Positions 10,798 through 22,676 of a DNA stretch of 64,000 nt are shown here, one piece after another. Source of the stretch: Bryobacterales bacterium (GTDB taxonomy: Bacteria > Acidobacteriota > Terriglobia > Bryobacterales > UBA6623); NCBI GenBank assembly GCA_963422375.2, contig OY729427.2, positions 32,001-96,000 of the forward strand. Direction: 5' to 3'. Position numbers and translations under genes: made by a program. The notes beneath the pieces were generated by a model. It was not told where the DNA came from. It saw nothing but the letters and a program-made list of their open reading frames with translations, and made no database searches. How positions within the stretch are numbered: the first letter of the stretch is position 1; every line of letters begins with the position of its first letter.

Positions 10798-11457
10798 TTG
10801 CCTGTCCCACGAATTCGTTCTATCATCAAGTTCGGCTTGATCGCGGCGGTGCTCGTGTTAATCCTGCTTTCGGGGATCCGCATCGGGTCCTCGACCGGGC
10901 CGCCGGCTCCCCGGACCCAGCCGAAGACCCGCGTGGGTGACCGCAACGATTCCCGGGAGGCCGCGGGCGGCGAGACGGGGGTCGGGCTCCGCGGGTATCC
11001 CTTCGCGGAACGAGGCGCCGCCGCTAAGGCGGCCTTCGAGACGTTCCAGCGCGACATGAGCGCCTACTGGGACTCGGAATACCAGCGCGCGCTCGCCCAG
11101 GCCGAGGAGCGCATGGCGACGGAGACCAAGGCCGCGCTCGCGGTCGCCGAGAGGGTCAACGCCGCCGCCCAGCGCAACGCCGAGCGGGTCGCCGCGGAGC
11201 AGGCCCGGGCCAACGCCGTGGCGCTCGAGCGCATTGCACGGCGCCAGGCCGCAGCCGACCAAGCCGCCGTGGAGCGCATCGGGCGGGCGCAGGCCGAGGC
11301 CAACCGCCTCGCGGTCGAGAGAATCGCCCGCGACCAGGCCGAGGCAGACCGAAGAGCGGCGGAGCTCCTCGCACGCGACCAAGCACGGATTTACAGCGGC
11401 GGGGGCGAGGACCTCGGGAGAGCAGCGGGGGGAGCTCGCAGCGCGCCGGGCAACTAG
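10798..11457 (+). CDS. Hypothetical membrane-anchored coiled-coil repeat protein
   Basis: TTG start after GGAGGTG, one N-terminal TM helix, then ~15-aa repeats (AVERIARDQAEA). Confidence 0.65.
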   Translation: MPVPRIRSIIKFGLIAAVLVLILLSGIRIGSSTGPPAPRTQPKTRVGDRNDSREAAGGETGVGLRGYPFAERGAAAKAAFETFQRDMSAYWDSEYQRALAQAEERMATETKAALAVAERVNAAAQRNAERVAAEQARANAVALERIARRQAAADQAAVERIGRAQAEANRLAVERIARDQAEADRRAAELLARDQARIYSGGGEDLGRAAGGARSAPGN

Positions 11458-11608
11458 TCGCAGTCAGGGCGGGGCTCGGGTATCCGCTCCGGCCACCGGC
11501 TCGGCGGCATCCGGCCCCGTCCCGCTCGCGACTGGCGGGGACGCCTGCCCCGTAGGCCAGCGCCGCCTTGCTATCGACGCGAGCGCGTGCGTCCTACCGG
11601 CCCCGGCA

Positions 11609-13030
11609 TCACCGCGGCGGACGGACGGTCCAGTTGGGGTGCGCGACATGCTCCCGGGCCATGATCGCCTCGATTTCCGCGACCACGTCCCGATGGTTCC
11701 GCGCCACGTCGTAAGTTTCGGCCGGGTCGCGGGTCACGTCGTACAACTCGACCCGGCCCGTCAGCATCGGCTTGCGGACGCCCTTCCAGCGACGGAGCCG
11801 GACCGCCTGCGCCGAGCCGCCCTCGTAGAACTCCCAGTACAGGTGGTCGTGCGGCCGCTGGTCGCCGGGACGGCCCCGCAGCGTCGGCGCGAAGCTGACC
11901 GAGTCCGTGCCCGGCGGCATCTCCGCTCCCGCAAGATCCGCCGCGGTCGCCATCAGGTCGCCGAAGTAGCCGACGTGGTCCGAAACCCGGCCCGGCTGGA
12001 TGGCATCCGGCCACCAAGCGAGGAACGGCACGCGGATGCCCCCCTCGTAGAGGTCGCGCTTGGTACCGCGCAACACGCCCGACGGGTCGAACTTGAGCAG
12101 GTCGTGATTGGACTCGTTGTGCGGCCCGTTGTCGGAGGAGAACATCACGAGCGTGTTCTCGGCGAGGCCGAGCTCGGCCAGCCGGTCCAGCAGCGAGCCG
12201 ACATCCCGGTCCATGCGCGTGATCATGGCGGCCTGCCCCTTGTCGGGATTCGGCCAGTCCTCGCGGTCGTAGATCCCGTACTCGGGCACCTCGGCCCCGT
12301 CCCCTGTAGCTGACGTACCCTCGTTGTTCGCATGGGGAATCGTAAGGGCCAGATACAGGAAGAACGATGCGTCCCCCTGTCTCGCGAGCCAGTCCATGGC
12401 CTCGCGCATGATCACGTCATGGGAGTACTCCCGGCGCTCGGTCGCCCATCCGCCGCGGAAGCCGCCGTACTCCCGCGCTATGCGCTGGACGCTGTTCCGC
12501 AGAGAAGCCTTCTCCAGGCCGCGCCAGAGGAACTCCGGATAGTAGTTGTGGGCGTGGACCTGGTTCAGGTAGCCGAAGAACGTGTCGAATCCCTGCTTGA
12601 GCGGGTGCCCTTCCAAGCCGACCTCGCCTAGGCCCCACTTGCCGTACAGGGCCGTGGAGTAGCCCGCGAACTTCAGCACCTCCGCTACGGTGAGGTCCTC
12701 GTCGCGGAGCGACTGGGCCGTCATGTCCGGGCCGCGGGCGTTGCCCCGGACGTGCGTGTGCCCGGTATGCAAGCCCGTCATCAGGACGCTGCGCGACGGG
12801 GCGCAGACGGTGGCACCGGCGTAGAACTGGGTGAACCGGATGCCTTCCCTTGCCATCCGGTCGAGGCGGGGAGTCTGTATGACCGCCTGGCCGTAGGACC
12901 CGAGGTCCCCGTATCCGAGGTCGTCGGCGAGGATAAAGACTATGTTGGGCCGCTCCGCTTCCGCCCGGACGCTCGCGGCTGCCGCCAGCAGCAGCGCCGC
13001 CACGGCTAACAGAGACAGGGGTCTTCGCAT
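11609..13030 (-). CDS. Arylsulfatase (Cys-type formylglycine sulfatase)
   Basis: PNIVFILADDLGYGD, CAPSRSVLMTG, GKWGLG, SDNG, YEGGIRVP; RBS GGAGGG. Confidence 0.95.
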   Translation of the reverse strand: MRRPLSLLAVAALLLAAAASVRAEAERPNIVFILADDLGYGDLGSYGQAVIQTPRLDRMAREGIRFTQFYAGATVCAPSRSVLMTGLHTGHTHVRGNARGPDMTAQSLRDEDLTVAEVLKFAGYSTALYGKWGLGEVGLEGHPLKQGFDTFFGYLNQVHAHNYYPEFLWRGLEKASLRNSVQRIAREYGGFRGGWATERREYSHDVIMREAMDWLARQGDASFFLYLALTIPHANNEGTSATGDGAEVPEYGIYDREDWPNPDKGQAAMITRMDRDVGSLLDRLAELGLAENTLVMFSSDNGPHNESNHDLLKFDPSGVLRGTKRDLYEGGIRVPFLAWWPDAIQPGRVSDHVGYFGDLMATAADLAGAEMPPGTDSVSFAPTLRGRPGDQRPHDHLYWEFYEGGSAQAVRLRRWKGVRKPMLTGRVELYDVTRDPAETYDVARNHRDVVAEIEAIMAREHVAHPNWTVRPPR

Positions 13031-13053
13031 CAATCCCTCCAATGAGCTCGATT

Positions 13054-15893
13054 CTAGCGCCGGCTGGCCCGCGGGCCCCACTGGGTCGCCTCGAGAAAGG
13101 CTAGGAGGTCGGCCAGGTCGCCGCGGCTGACCTGCTCGGCCAGCCCGGACGGCATGGCAGAAACGGTGCCCGGACGGATCTTCTCGATCTCCGAACGCGC
13201 GAGCCACGCTTGGCTCTCAGCGTCCAGGGCCAGCAGAAGGTGCGTGTCGCTCTCCTCGAGCACCACTCCGTTGAGGCTCTGGTCGGCGGTGACTGCGACG
13301 ACGGGCTCGAAGCTGCACACGAAGCTCGCGCTCGGGTAGACGATCGCTTCGAGCAGGTCCCTGCGCTCGCGAATCTGCCCGATCCGGGTCAGATCGGGGC
13401 CGATCTTCCCTCCTTGGTAGCCGATCGCATGGCAAGCCATGCAGGCGGTCTCGGCGCTATTGAAGACAGCCTGACCCCGCACGACATCGCCCGGCGGAAG
13501 CGAGTCGAGCATCCGGTCGATCATGGCGTTCTGTTCGGCAAGCCCGGCGACCTCGCCCACGAGGAGAGCGTCGACCCGTTCGCGGACCCGAGGCGGGAAC
13601 CCCCGCGTGGCGGAGGCGGCGACATCGGCACGCAGGTTGGCGAGGCCGCGAGCCTGCGACAAACGGTCCGCGAACCGCGCCCCGACCTCGGCATCGTCGG
13701 ACCGGCGGAACGCTGCAACGATCCGCGGCAATTCCATCGGTCCCACTTCGGGCAGCAGGTCCGCCAGATCCAGGAGCTGGTCGCGGTTCAGCGGCGCCTC
13801 CGACAGCACGGTGGCAGCGGCGGCCCTATCTCGGACCGCGCCCGACGGGTGAACCTCGCCGACAGCCAAGGCGTACAACGCAGGATCGAGACCCCCGAGA
13901 GAAGCAGCACCGGCGGCCAGCGCCCGAATCCGGATTGATTCGGCGACCGCCGGATCGCTTGCCACACCGAGCAGCGCGGCATCCAACCGCGGCAATACTT
14001 CGTCCGGAGGCGGCATTCCGCGTGCCGCCCGCAGGGCGGCTTCGACCGTGTCCTTCCGTCCGAGCGCAACCGCGATCGTGGCTTCCCAGCCGTCCGGGAC
14101 CTCGTCCACGGACGCGCCCGCCATGGCCTCCAGCGCCACTTGTCTCGCCTGCGCCCCGCTGTCGCCGCGGGCCGTGCCGGCCAGCAACGCCTGGATCGAG
14201 GGGTTGCCCGCGAAACTCTGGAGCTGCCCCTCCAGATCTCCGGGCTCCGCAATGGGCCGCTCTCCGAGCCTTCCTGCCAGATACCCGGACAGCGCCCCGC
14301 CCCACTCCGGGTGGCGGGAGGCGATCCAGCTGGCAGCATCCGAGATCAGGGGTTCGGGCGAGCGCAGCAGCGGAAGCACGGTGTCGGAACCGAGCACGGC
14401 CGGGCGCATCTGATCCAAGGCGATTAGCGCGGCCCGGCGAGTCCGGGCGGACAGGGACGACAGGCCGGCCCTCGTGGCGCGAGGATCGGCGATCTCGATC
14501 AGGGCATACACCAGCGAGTGCGTCAGGACCTCGCCCTCGGCGCGACCCGCCGCCTCGAGCAAAGGACCGACGGCGGACGAATCGCCGATCCGGCCCAGAG
14601 CCTCCGCCGCCGCCCTCTTGACTGCGTCCGAGGAGTCCTCGAGGAGGTCCAGCGCGGCCCCGGCACCCCTTGCGCGCGATGCAAGGCGACCGCGTTGAGA
14701 GCCGCATGACGCACGCTTGCGGACTCGTCCGAAAGGGCCGTACGCACGGCGTCGCGCGCCTCGGCGGATTCGATTCTGGCAAGGGACCATACGGCGTTCC
14801 GACGCGCTTCGAGCGACGGGCCGTCCTTCAGTGCCCGGGCGAGTTCATCCACGGGCTCTGTCGCGACCGAGGCTGTCAAGACCTTCCTGCGCACCCCGGG
14901 CCGGGGATCGCCCAGCAGTTCGACGAGGGCCGCGGAGCCGGCGTCCGACCAGTCGATCGCGCTTCCGCGCGGATCCTGCGGTGCGAACGCGCCGCGCTCG
15001 CGGATACGGTAGATGCCGCCGAGCAGGTCCGGCTTGGACAGCTGCGCGGTAGGGCAGCAGAGCTTGTCCAAGCCCCGGTGTCAACGACAAGCAAGCTTCC
15101 GTCCGCGTCCTCCATGACGTCCGTCGGATGGAAGTCCCGGCTGCCCGAGACCAGGAAGTCTTCATCCTCCGTCACGAAGCTGGCTCCGCTCGGCACGAGC
15201 CGGTGGGACGTGACCTTGTTCAGGTTGAATGACGTGGCGAAGAGGCGGCCGCGGTAATCGTCGCCGAACTGGCTCGACTCGTACCGGGCGAGACCGACCG
15301 GAGCTGCGCCGCCCATGTGCGTCATGACCGACAGGTAACCGCCGGTCATCGGATGGCCGTCGGTGACGCCGTGAACCTTGCCGTAGACGCCGCCGTACAC
15401 GGCATGGACGATGCCGTCCCGCCGGCCCAGCTGCGGGTGAACTAGGAAGGTCGACGTGAGCAGCCTCTCGCCCTCGGGGGTGAAGGCGACCTCCACCGGG
15501 TTGTCCATGCCACCCGTCAGCACCGCCTCGACCGGGCCGCCGCCCGGGCGACGCCTGAATACATGCGCCGCCCGGGTCACGAGCGGCTCCCGCCCGGGCC
15601 GCTCGTAAGTCTGCTCGGCGAAGGCACCCTTCGTCCAGTAGATCCGGCCGTCCAGCCCGAGATACGGCCCGTGAAGGTCGTTGGCGCAGTTCGTCAGGGT
15701 CTTGGCGTCGAACCACTCCTCCCGCTCGTCCGCCACGCCGTCCCCGTCCGTGTCGGTGAGCTTCCAAATGCTCGGCGGAGCGGCGACGTAGACCGAGCCG
15801 TCGTGCCAGAGCACGCCCTCTGGAAGCATCATCCCATCGGCGAATACCGTACGCCTGTCGTAGCGCCCGTCGTCGTCAAGGTCTTCGAGCAGT
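13054..15893 (-). pseudogene. PVC-type heme-binding (CxxCH) membrane dehydrogenase, 3' part (propeller + HEAT + cytochrome c)
   Basis: LEDLDDDGRYDRRTVFADG, DFHPTDVMEDADGSLLVVDTG, HEAT repeats, CMACH..IGPDLTRIG. Frameshifts near 15068 and 14680; the 5' part is displaced to 24409-24662. Confidence 0.88.
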
Positions 15894-16822
15894 CAGCGAT
15901 TCTAAATTTGGCCATCAACGGGGTGCGTGAACGTTGATTAGCTGATTATGAGGATGAGATGAACCACTTTACCGAGAGGTCGCTCTAATAAGGCTGCCTC
16001 GCGGGAGCGTCGGACGGCTGGCAGGGCCGTGGCGCGGCCGCCGCAGCGGGTCGGCCGAGTGCCGAGATCGCGGCCGGACGCGCCCCGGCGGTAGCCGGCT
16101 GCCACGGTCGGCCGCTGGCCGGACGCTGCCGGCACGAAGCTGCGCGGAGTCCAGGCCCCGGCCGGGGTCGGCCGGCAGCCCGGCGGCGCGCGTCCGTCTC
16201 TCACCGCCACCAGCAGAGTCGGCCAGTCCGGGAAGCGGAACCAGCGCAGCGCGGCCTGCAGCTCCCGGAACAGGGCGCGGCGCGTGACTGGCTGGCGCCG
16301 GCACTGCTGCCACAGCGCGCAGACGCACTGCAGCACGGCGCGGAGCGCGAAGGCGAACAGGTTCGGCACGGCCGGCACGTTGGCCAGCCCTTCCTTGCCG
16401 TGCCCGAAGTTGCGCTTGCAGTTGCGGCCGTGCCGCGCCAGGCAGTTGAAGCCCTCGTTCTCGATCTTCCAGCGCGCCCGGCCGGCCCGCGCGATCGGCT
16501 CCGCGTTGTCCGCGGTGACTGCGAGACCGGTGGAGAAGCTGCTGGCGCAGGTGCGCTTGCCGTCGCGCTCCACGGCGTACTCGATCCAAGTGCCCTGCAG
16601 GGCGTCGCGGCCCTTGCGCAGGAGCACCGCGGCCGTCCGGCGGAAACGGTGCCGCTCGGACCGCTTGCCCTTCCCGCGCCGCGGCAGCCAGCCGGTCGAG
16701 CGCACCGCGCCGCTCCCCCGCCGGCTCTCCGGCACCTCGTGCAAGTGCTTGCGGGATCCGGGCTTGCCTACCCGGATGTAGTCCATGCCGGCGGCCTCGC
16801 AGACCGGCTGGCAGCAATACAG

Positions 16823-18250
16823 GGGAATTATATATCTGAGTGCCGAGGGAATCAAGTCGGCAAATTATCAAGCCATTATAAAATTTCATATTTCTTCCGA
16901 CTTTCCGTTGACATTATATGGTGTTTCTTGGTAGAATAGTTCCAGTAAGGGATACCGTAAATGAAGAAACCAGGTCCCGGAAAGTGGTTCCGTAAAGGCA
17001 TCACATTGATCGAAGTGATCGCCATGTTCCCCGATGACGAATCCGCGGAAAAGTGGTTCGCCTCCATGCGCTGGCCGGACGGTCCCGCGTGCCCCCGCTG
17101 CCGCGGCTCCAGCGTGCAGTCCGACGCGGCCCACCCTTCGATGCCGTACCGTTGCCGCGGCTGCGGCAAGCGCTTTTCGGTGCGCACCGGCAGCGTGATG
17201 GCCGACACCGAGCTCGGCTACCGCACCCGGGCCGTCGCCCTGTTCCTGCTGACCACCGGCATCAAGGGCGTCTCGAGCATGAAGCTGCACCGCGACCTGG
17301 ACATCAGCCAAAAGTCGGCCTGGCACCTGGCGCACCGCATCCGCGCGTGCCGGGAGCGGGATCGGGGCCCGTTCGCCGGCCCGGTGGAGGTGGACGAGAC
17401 CTGCGTCGGCGGCAAGGAACGCAACCAGCACGAGAGCAAGAAGGCCCGCGCCGGGGGCGACCTGCAGGGCTTCGTGCGCGGCCGGGTCGCGCCGGGCGCG
17501 CAGCTCTACTCCGACGAGGCGGCGGCCTGCGCCGGCATGGCGGAGTTCACGCACGAAGCCGTCAGGCACTCCGGCGGCGAGTACGTGCGCGGGGCAGCGC
17601 ATGCGAACGGCATCGAATCGTTTGGGTCCCTGTTCAAGCGCGGCCTGTACGGAACCTATCACCGGATGAGCGTCCGTCATCTCGGCCGCTACCTCACGGA
17701 GTTCGCGGGACGGCGCAACGACCGCGACTGCGACACGGAGGAACAGATGCGGCGCATGGCGCGGGGCTTGGTCGGCCGGACGCTGACCTGCCGGCAGCTG
17801 ACCGGCAAGGCCGCGGTCGCGGCCTGAGCGGCGCCCGCCGCGCCGAGCGCGGCAGCCCGCCGCGGGCGCGCGCTGCACGCTCGGTACGAGGGGTGCACCG
17901 GATCCGGAAGGCCCCGGCGCGACCCCGGTCCGGTCCGGACCGGCCATGCAGGCCGTCGAGCGCCGGGGATCCGCTGTCTTCGGCCCTCGCAGGGCCTGCA
18001 AGCGGCTTGCAAGGGGTGCCCTGCCACCGCCAACCGGGTTCCACCGGGGCAACCGGGGCATGCGCGGCGGCCTCTCTAGTCCCTTCCTCATCAAATCCGC
18101 TGGCAGGCTCGATTCAGATACGATCCCACACCCCACCCCTCTGTGCCCGCCGCGGCCGCACTCGCATGACCCCAGCTCGACACCCACCTCCCTGCTCACA
18201 GCAGTTCTAGTCGGACCATGGCGTTGTCGGCACTCAGATATATAATTCCC
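16823..18250 (+). mobile_element. IS1595-family IS (GGGAATTAT ends, ISNwi1-like); transposase 16961-17827 with internal deletion
   Basis: TIR GGGAATTATATATCTGAGTGCCGA; 8-bp TSD CAATACAG/CAATACAA; Zn ribbon CPRC..CRGC, VEVDET, SDE, NGIES. Confidence 0.93.
16908..16937 (+). promoter_or_regulatory. Sigma70-like IS1595 transposase promoter
   Basis: TTGACA-N18-TAGAAT with extended TG; conserved at 43139-43168 and 55341-55370. Confidence 0.7.
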
Positions 18251-19114
18251 CAATACAAGTCGTCGCCCGGCAGGACGGGGCGGCAGGACGGCATCCAGTC
18301 GCCGTGCGCGGCGAGCCAGCGTTTGGCGGCGTTGCGCTCGCAGTCCCGCTCGCGCTCGTCCTCGCTCATATCGGCGCGGGTCGCGGCCGCGTCCTGCTGC
18401 GGGCGCACGAACTCGGGCATCGGCGGCAGGACCGTAGCGTGGCCGTCGGCCACCGCGGTGGCCGCGACCATGGTGTGGAAGTGATGCGGCCGGCGCTCGC
18501 TGCCGACGCGCCGCACCGAGCACTGCGGGCAATGCACCTTGTCGGAGCGGTGGAACCGGACGCCGTCCGGAGCCGCCGGCAGGCGCTCGTCGAGGCGCTG
18601 GAAGGGCTCGAGCGCGCCCTGCGCGGCCACGGTTGCGAGGCACGGCCGGAACAGCGGGTCGCACGCGGCCGGGTCGCGGTCGTCGAGCAAGTTGCGGATC
18701 CGGTTGTCGCAGGGGATGCGGCCCACGCCGCACAGGGTCCGGCAGTTGGAGCGCGAGCCGTCCCGCTCCATGCGCCGCTGGAACGCGAGCAACGACTCGC
18801 ACCGGGTGAAGAAGCAGGCCGGGGCGCACCAGGGCGCAACCGGCGGCGGCGCTGACCTCGTAGCGCTTGTTGCTGCGACCCGCGCGCCGGTCGGGCCGGC
18901 CGGCGGCCGTCTCGCGGAAGGCGCTCAGCAGCGAGTCCAGGACATGGGGCATGCACCCTAGCTCACACATTCCGCTAGCAAAAGTCAAGTGCCAGACTGC
19001 CTGCGACACCTTTCTCAGACACTCTGGAAATCCCGGAATGCCCAAAATTAGAATCGCTGGACGGAGCCCCTTAGGGCCGTCCGAGTCACCCGCTGGTCCC
19101 TCCGGATCTAATTA

Positions 19115-19369
19115 GTGCTTGTGACAAAACCCCTGAACTCTGGCCTGATCAGCATTTCATACTACATCCTGATGTCGGATGGATCTCCAAACACAACATA
19201 TAGGGTCCAAGGTCGGAAGTTGCTCAGCCGCCAATCGCGAAGATTTCCGCGCTCTACCCAGAATTGGCAGGATTTTGGACTAGTCGTAGCATTCCAGCGA
19301 AATCTTCGCCTTGAGAGATTGGACCTAATGCCTTTTTTGTCAAGGGGATACGAGTTTTTTCACGGGCAC
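19115..19369. mobile_element. 255-bp MITE with ISDol1-like ends, copy 1
   Basis: Ends GTGCTTGTGACAAAAC / GTTTTTTCACGGGCAC; 6-bp TSD TAATTA; close homologs at 37194 and 44576. Confidence 0.9.
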
Positions 19370-20295
19370 TAATTAGAGCGTCGCAGCACCTCTAGCTGCC
19401 GCTCCGCCTCCCTCCACCGGCGCTCGGCCTCTTGCCGCGCCCGCGCCTCCTCGACCCTCTGCCGCGCCTCTTGGTCCCGCTGGCGCTCGGCCTCTTGCCG
19501 CGCTCGCGCCTCCTGGCCCACCCGGCGCTCGGCTTCTTGGCGCGCGCGCGCCTCCTGGTCCACCCGGCGCTCGGCCTTCTGGCGCTGCCGCGTCTCCTCG
19601 ACCCGCGCCCGCGCCTCCTCGCTCAGCGTCCGCAGGTATTCCCCCCTGACCGGATCCCAGATGCGCAGGCGCTGCGCGATGCCGTCGTAGCGCAGGTCCA
19701 AGCCCAGCACGGCGCTGCGGACGGACAGTTCCGCGCCGGGCAGGCGTTCGGCCGGCAGCGGCTCGTAGCGGCCGCCCTTCAGGCGGTCGCCCGCCAGGCG
19801 CGCCGGCAGCAGGCCGCCCATCGGGTCGTACCGGAAGTATTCGCGCACCCCCAGCCGCGCGTACAGCGGCGGCTTCTCGTGCAGGTCCGCGTCGACGGTG
19901 CCGGGAGAGGCGACTTCCAGCACGAAGTCCGGGGGCTTGCCCTCCTCCCACACGAAATAGGACATGCGATTGTCTCCCGGAACGCCCAGCGACACCATCA
20001 CGTCCGGGACGACCCTGCGCTTGGGACGATTCTCGACGTAGTACACCAGCAGGTTGTTGGCCACCAGCACGTCCTCGCGCCGCTCGAAGTAATGGGCCAG
20101 CATGGCCGCTGCATCGCGGATCGCCCTTTCCTGGAAGGTGTTGTCCGCCATCGGCCGACCGTCCGAGCTAGGGTACTGCGCCTCGGCTGCCGCAGGCTGC
20201 GGGGCGCGCCACCGCGGAGGGGGCGGGTCCGTCGGCGCGCGGCGGTCGCGGGCCGGGGCGAGCGGCGGGAATTGGTCGATCTGCTTGCCCGGCAT
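19369..20295 (-). CDS. Uma2-family (PD-(D/E)XK) endonuclease with C-terminal repeat coiled coil
   Basis: YPSSDGRPMADN, VPDVMV, WEEGKPPDFVLEVASPGT, GVREYFRYDP; 14-aa repeats (EARARQEAERR). Confidence 0.92.
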   Translation of the reverse strand: MPGKQIDQFPPLAPARDRRAPTDPPPPRWRAPQPAAAEAQYPSSDGRPMADNTFQERAIRDAAAMLAHYFERREDVLVANNLLVYYVENRPKRRVVPDVMVSLGVPGDNRMSYFVWEEGKPPDFVLEVASPGTVDADLHEKPPLYARLGVREYFRYDPMGGLLPARLAGDRLKGGRYEPLPAERLPGAELSVRSAVLGLDLRYDGIAQRLRIWDPVRGEYLRTLSEEARARVEETRQRQKAERRVDQEARARQEAERRVGQEARARQEAERQRDQEARQRVEEARARQEAERRWREAERQLEVLRRSN

Positions 20296-20505
20296 GCGGC
20301 CTGGCGACCGGTCGCTTCGGTGCCGACACAGTATAGCGGATTAGTGCGGGGAGGCTCCCCCGGAGCGGCGGGCCGGAGCATGACGGGCCGCGAGGCGGCA
20401 CGGCTCGGCTGACGCGGGTGCTCCGGGCGGCGAGCGAGACGCTGGTCGGCAGGCTCAGCCGGGCGCGGGCGGTCGGTTCGGTAGGGACGCGCCCGTGTTG
20501 CGCCG

Positions 20506-22079
20506 CAGCGGTTCCAAATCTGGCCGTCAAGGTGGTGCGGGAACGTTGCATAGGCGGACTAGGCGAACCACTTGACCGGGAGGTCGCGCTAGCGAGGCCG
20601 CCCCGCGGGAGCGTCGGATGGCTGGCAGCCCGGCGGCGCGTCCGTCTCGCACCGCCGCCAGCAGAGTCGGCCGGTCCGGGAAGGGGCACCAGCGCAGCGC
20701 GGCCTGCAGCTCCCGGAACCAGCCGCGGCGCGTGACCAGCTGGCGCCGGCACTGCTGCCACAGCGCGCAGGCGCACCGCAGCACGGCATGGAGCGCGAAG
20801 GCGAACAGATTCGGCACGGCCGGCACTTCGGCCGGCACGGCCTTGCCGTGCCCGAAGTTGCGCTTGAAGTTGCGGCCGTTTCGCGCCAGGCAGCTGAGCC
20901 CCTCGTTCTCGATCTTCCGGCGGGCCCGGCCGGCTCGCGCGATCCGCTCCGCGTTGTCCGCGGTGACCGCGAGACAGGTGAAGAAGCAGTTGGCGCAGGT
21001 GCGGATGCCGCCGCGCTTCACGGCGTACTCGATCCAGGTGCCCTGCATGCGGTCGCGGCCACGGCGCAGGAGCACCGCGCCTTACCGGCGGAAGCGGTGC
21101 CGCTCGGACCGCTTGCCCTGCCCGGGGCCGCGGCAGTCAGCCGGTTGATCGCACAGCGCCGCTCGCCCGCCGGCTCTCCGGCACCTCGTACAAGCGCTTG
21201 CGGGATCCGGGCTTGCTTAGCGGGATGCAGTCCATGCCGGAGGCCTCGCAGACTGGCTGGCAGCAGTACAGGTCCTCGCCCGGCAGGACGGGACGGCGGG
21301 CCTGCAGCCGGGCGCCGTGCGCGGCGAGCCAGCGCTTGGCGGCGTTGCGCTCGCAGTCCCGCTTGCGCTCGTCCTCGCTCATGTCGGCGCGGGTCGCGGC
21401 CGCGTCCTGCCGCGGGCACGCGAACTCGGGCATCAGCGGCGGGACGGTGCCATGGCCGTCGGCGACCGCGATGGCCGTGACCAGGGCGTGGAAGCACTGC
21501 GGACGGCGCTCGCTGCCGACGCGCCGCACCGAGCCCTGCGGGCAATGCACCGTGTCGGAGCGGTGGAACCGGACGCCGTCCAAAGCCACCGGCAGGCGCT
21601 CGTCGAGGCGCTGGAAGGGCTCGAGCGCGCCCTGCGCGGCCGCGGTTTGCAGGCGCAGCCGGAACAGCGGGTCGAACGCGGCCGGGTCGAGGCCGTCGAG
21701 CAAGTTGCGGATCGGGCTGTCGCAGGGGATGCGGCCCACGACGAACAGGGTTCGGCACTCGGAGCGGGCGCCGTCCCGCTCCATGCTCCGCTGGAACTTG
21801 AGGAATGACTCGCATCGGGTGCAGAAGCAGGCCGGGGCGCACCAGGGCGCAACCGGCGGCGGCGCTGACCCCGTAGCGCGTGTTGCGACCGGTGCGACGG
21901 TCAGGCAGGCCGGCGGCCGTCTAGCGGTAGGCGCCCAGGAGAGAGTCCAAGACATGGGGCATACATCCCAACTCACAATATCCGCGAGGAAAAGTCAGGT
22001 GCCTGCCTGCGCCAGACCGCCTTCGACACCCTCCTCAGACACTCTGGAAATCCCGGAATGCCCCTATTTGGAATCGCTC
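20506..22079 (-). mobile_element. ISNCY-like IS, copy C (more diverged, degenerate ends)
   Basis: Ends CAGCGGTTCCAAATCTGG / CCTATTTGGAATCGCT; frameshifted transposase at about 20527-21962. Confidence 0.88.
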
Positions 22080-22189
22080 GTCAAGTCCTGAAGCAAGGAC
22101 ATCTAGGTTGTAGATTCCGACTTCCCAATTCATATTCTGAATGAATCGTTCGCTCCTTCCTAAGAATTCGACTTGTGCATTGGGCGGCT

Positions 22190-22480
22190 CCACAACGCTC
22201 GCCAGGTTCCGGAGCTTGACCAGGACACGGACCTCGTCATGGAAGCGGCGCACTCCATCCTCGTATGACTCCGTCCAAGCCAGGCCTCGCGGGCACATTG
22301 CAGAATGGTCTCCCAGCGCCGGCTCCGTTGGCATATACTCCTTGATCTCCACGGTATCTCCCAGCCTGTCGTGACGCGCACGATCCCGAAACCGCCCTGC
22401 CCGATCAGTCGGAGCAAGGTGTACCCGTGCAGGGATGTGCCGGGGCTTAGCGTGTCCTGAGGTATATCGCTGTTAGCGCT
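22190..22480 (-). pseudogene. Ser/Thr protein kinase N-terminal fragment
   Basis: LSPGTSLHGYTLLRLIGQGGFGIV, then after a frameshift ARHDRLGDTVEIKEYMP..RFHDEVRVL. Confidence 0.75.
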
Positions 22481-22676
22481 GGTCCTCGTTGTCTCGGTCG
22501 CGCGCCCCGAAGTGCCAGTTCGAGGATGGCCGCTACGCAACCAAGACCGTGACTCTCGGGTGTCCGGCAGGCTCGTGCCCGGCGGACGCATCTGCTCGCA
22601 GAGTTGATCTGACCTAGCGGCTGGAGAGCTCGCGCACGCTTGATCGTCATGCGCCGGACTAATTCTAGCCGGCGGC

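Larger units (their letters stand above)
15894..19059 (-). mobile_element. ISNCY-like IS, copy B, interrupted by IS1595
   Basis: TIRs CAGCGATTCTAAATTTGG / CCAAAATTAGAATCGCTG; transposase halves at about 15938-16820 and 18251-18950. Confidence 0.9.

Noticed and set aside
19115..19372. 85-aa ORF spanning the MITE, also fused to DUF1501 in ORF 37167-38291
   Set aside because: It begins in the TIR, has no RBS or recognisable domain, and the fusion is an insertion by-product.
19400..19620. 42-bp tandem repeats that could suggest an array
   Set aside because: In-frame coding repeats of the Uma2 coiled-coil tail; no unique spacers.
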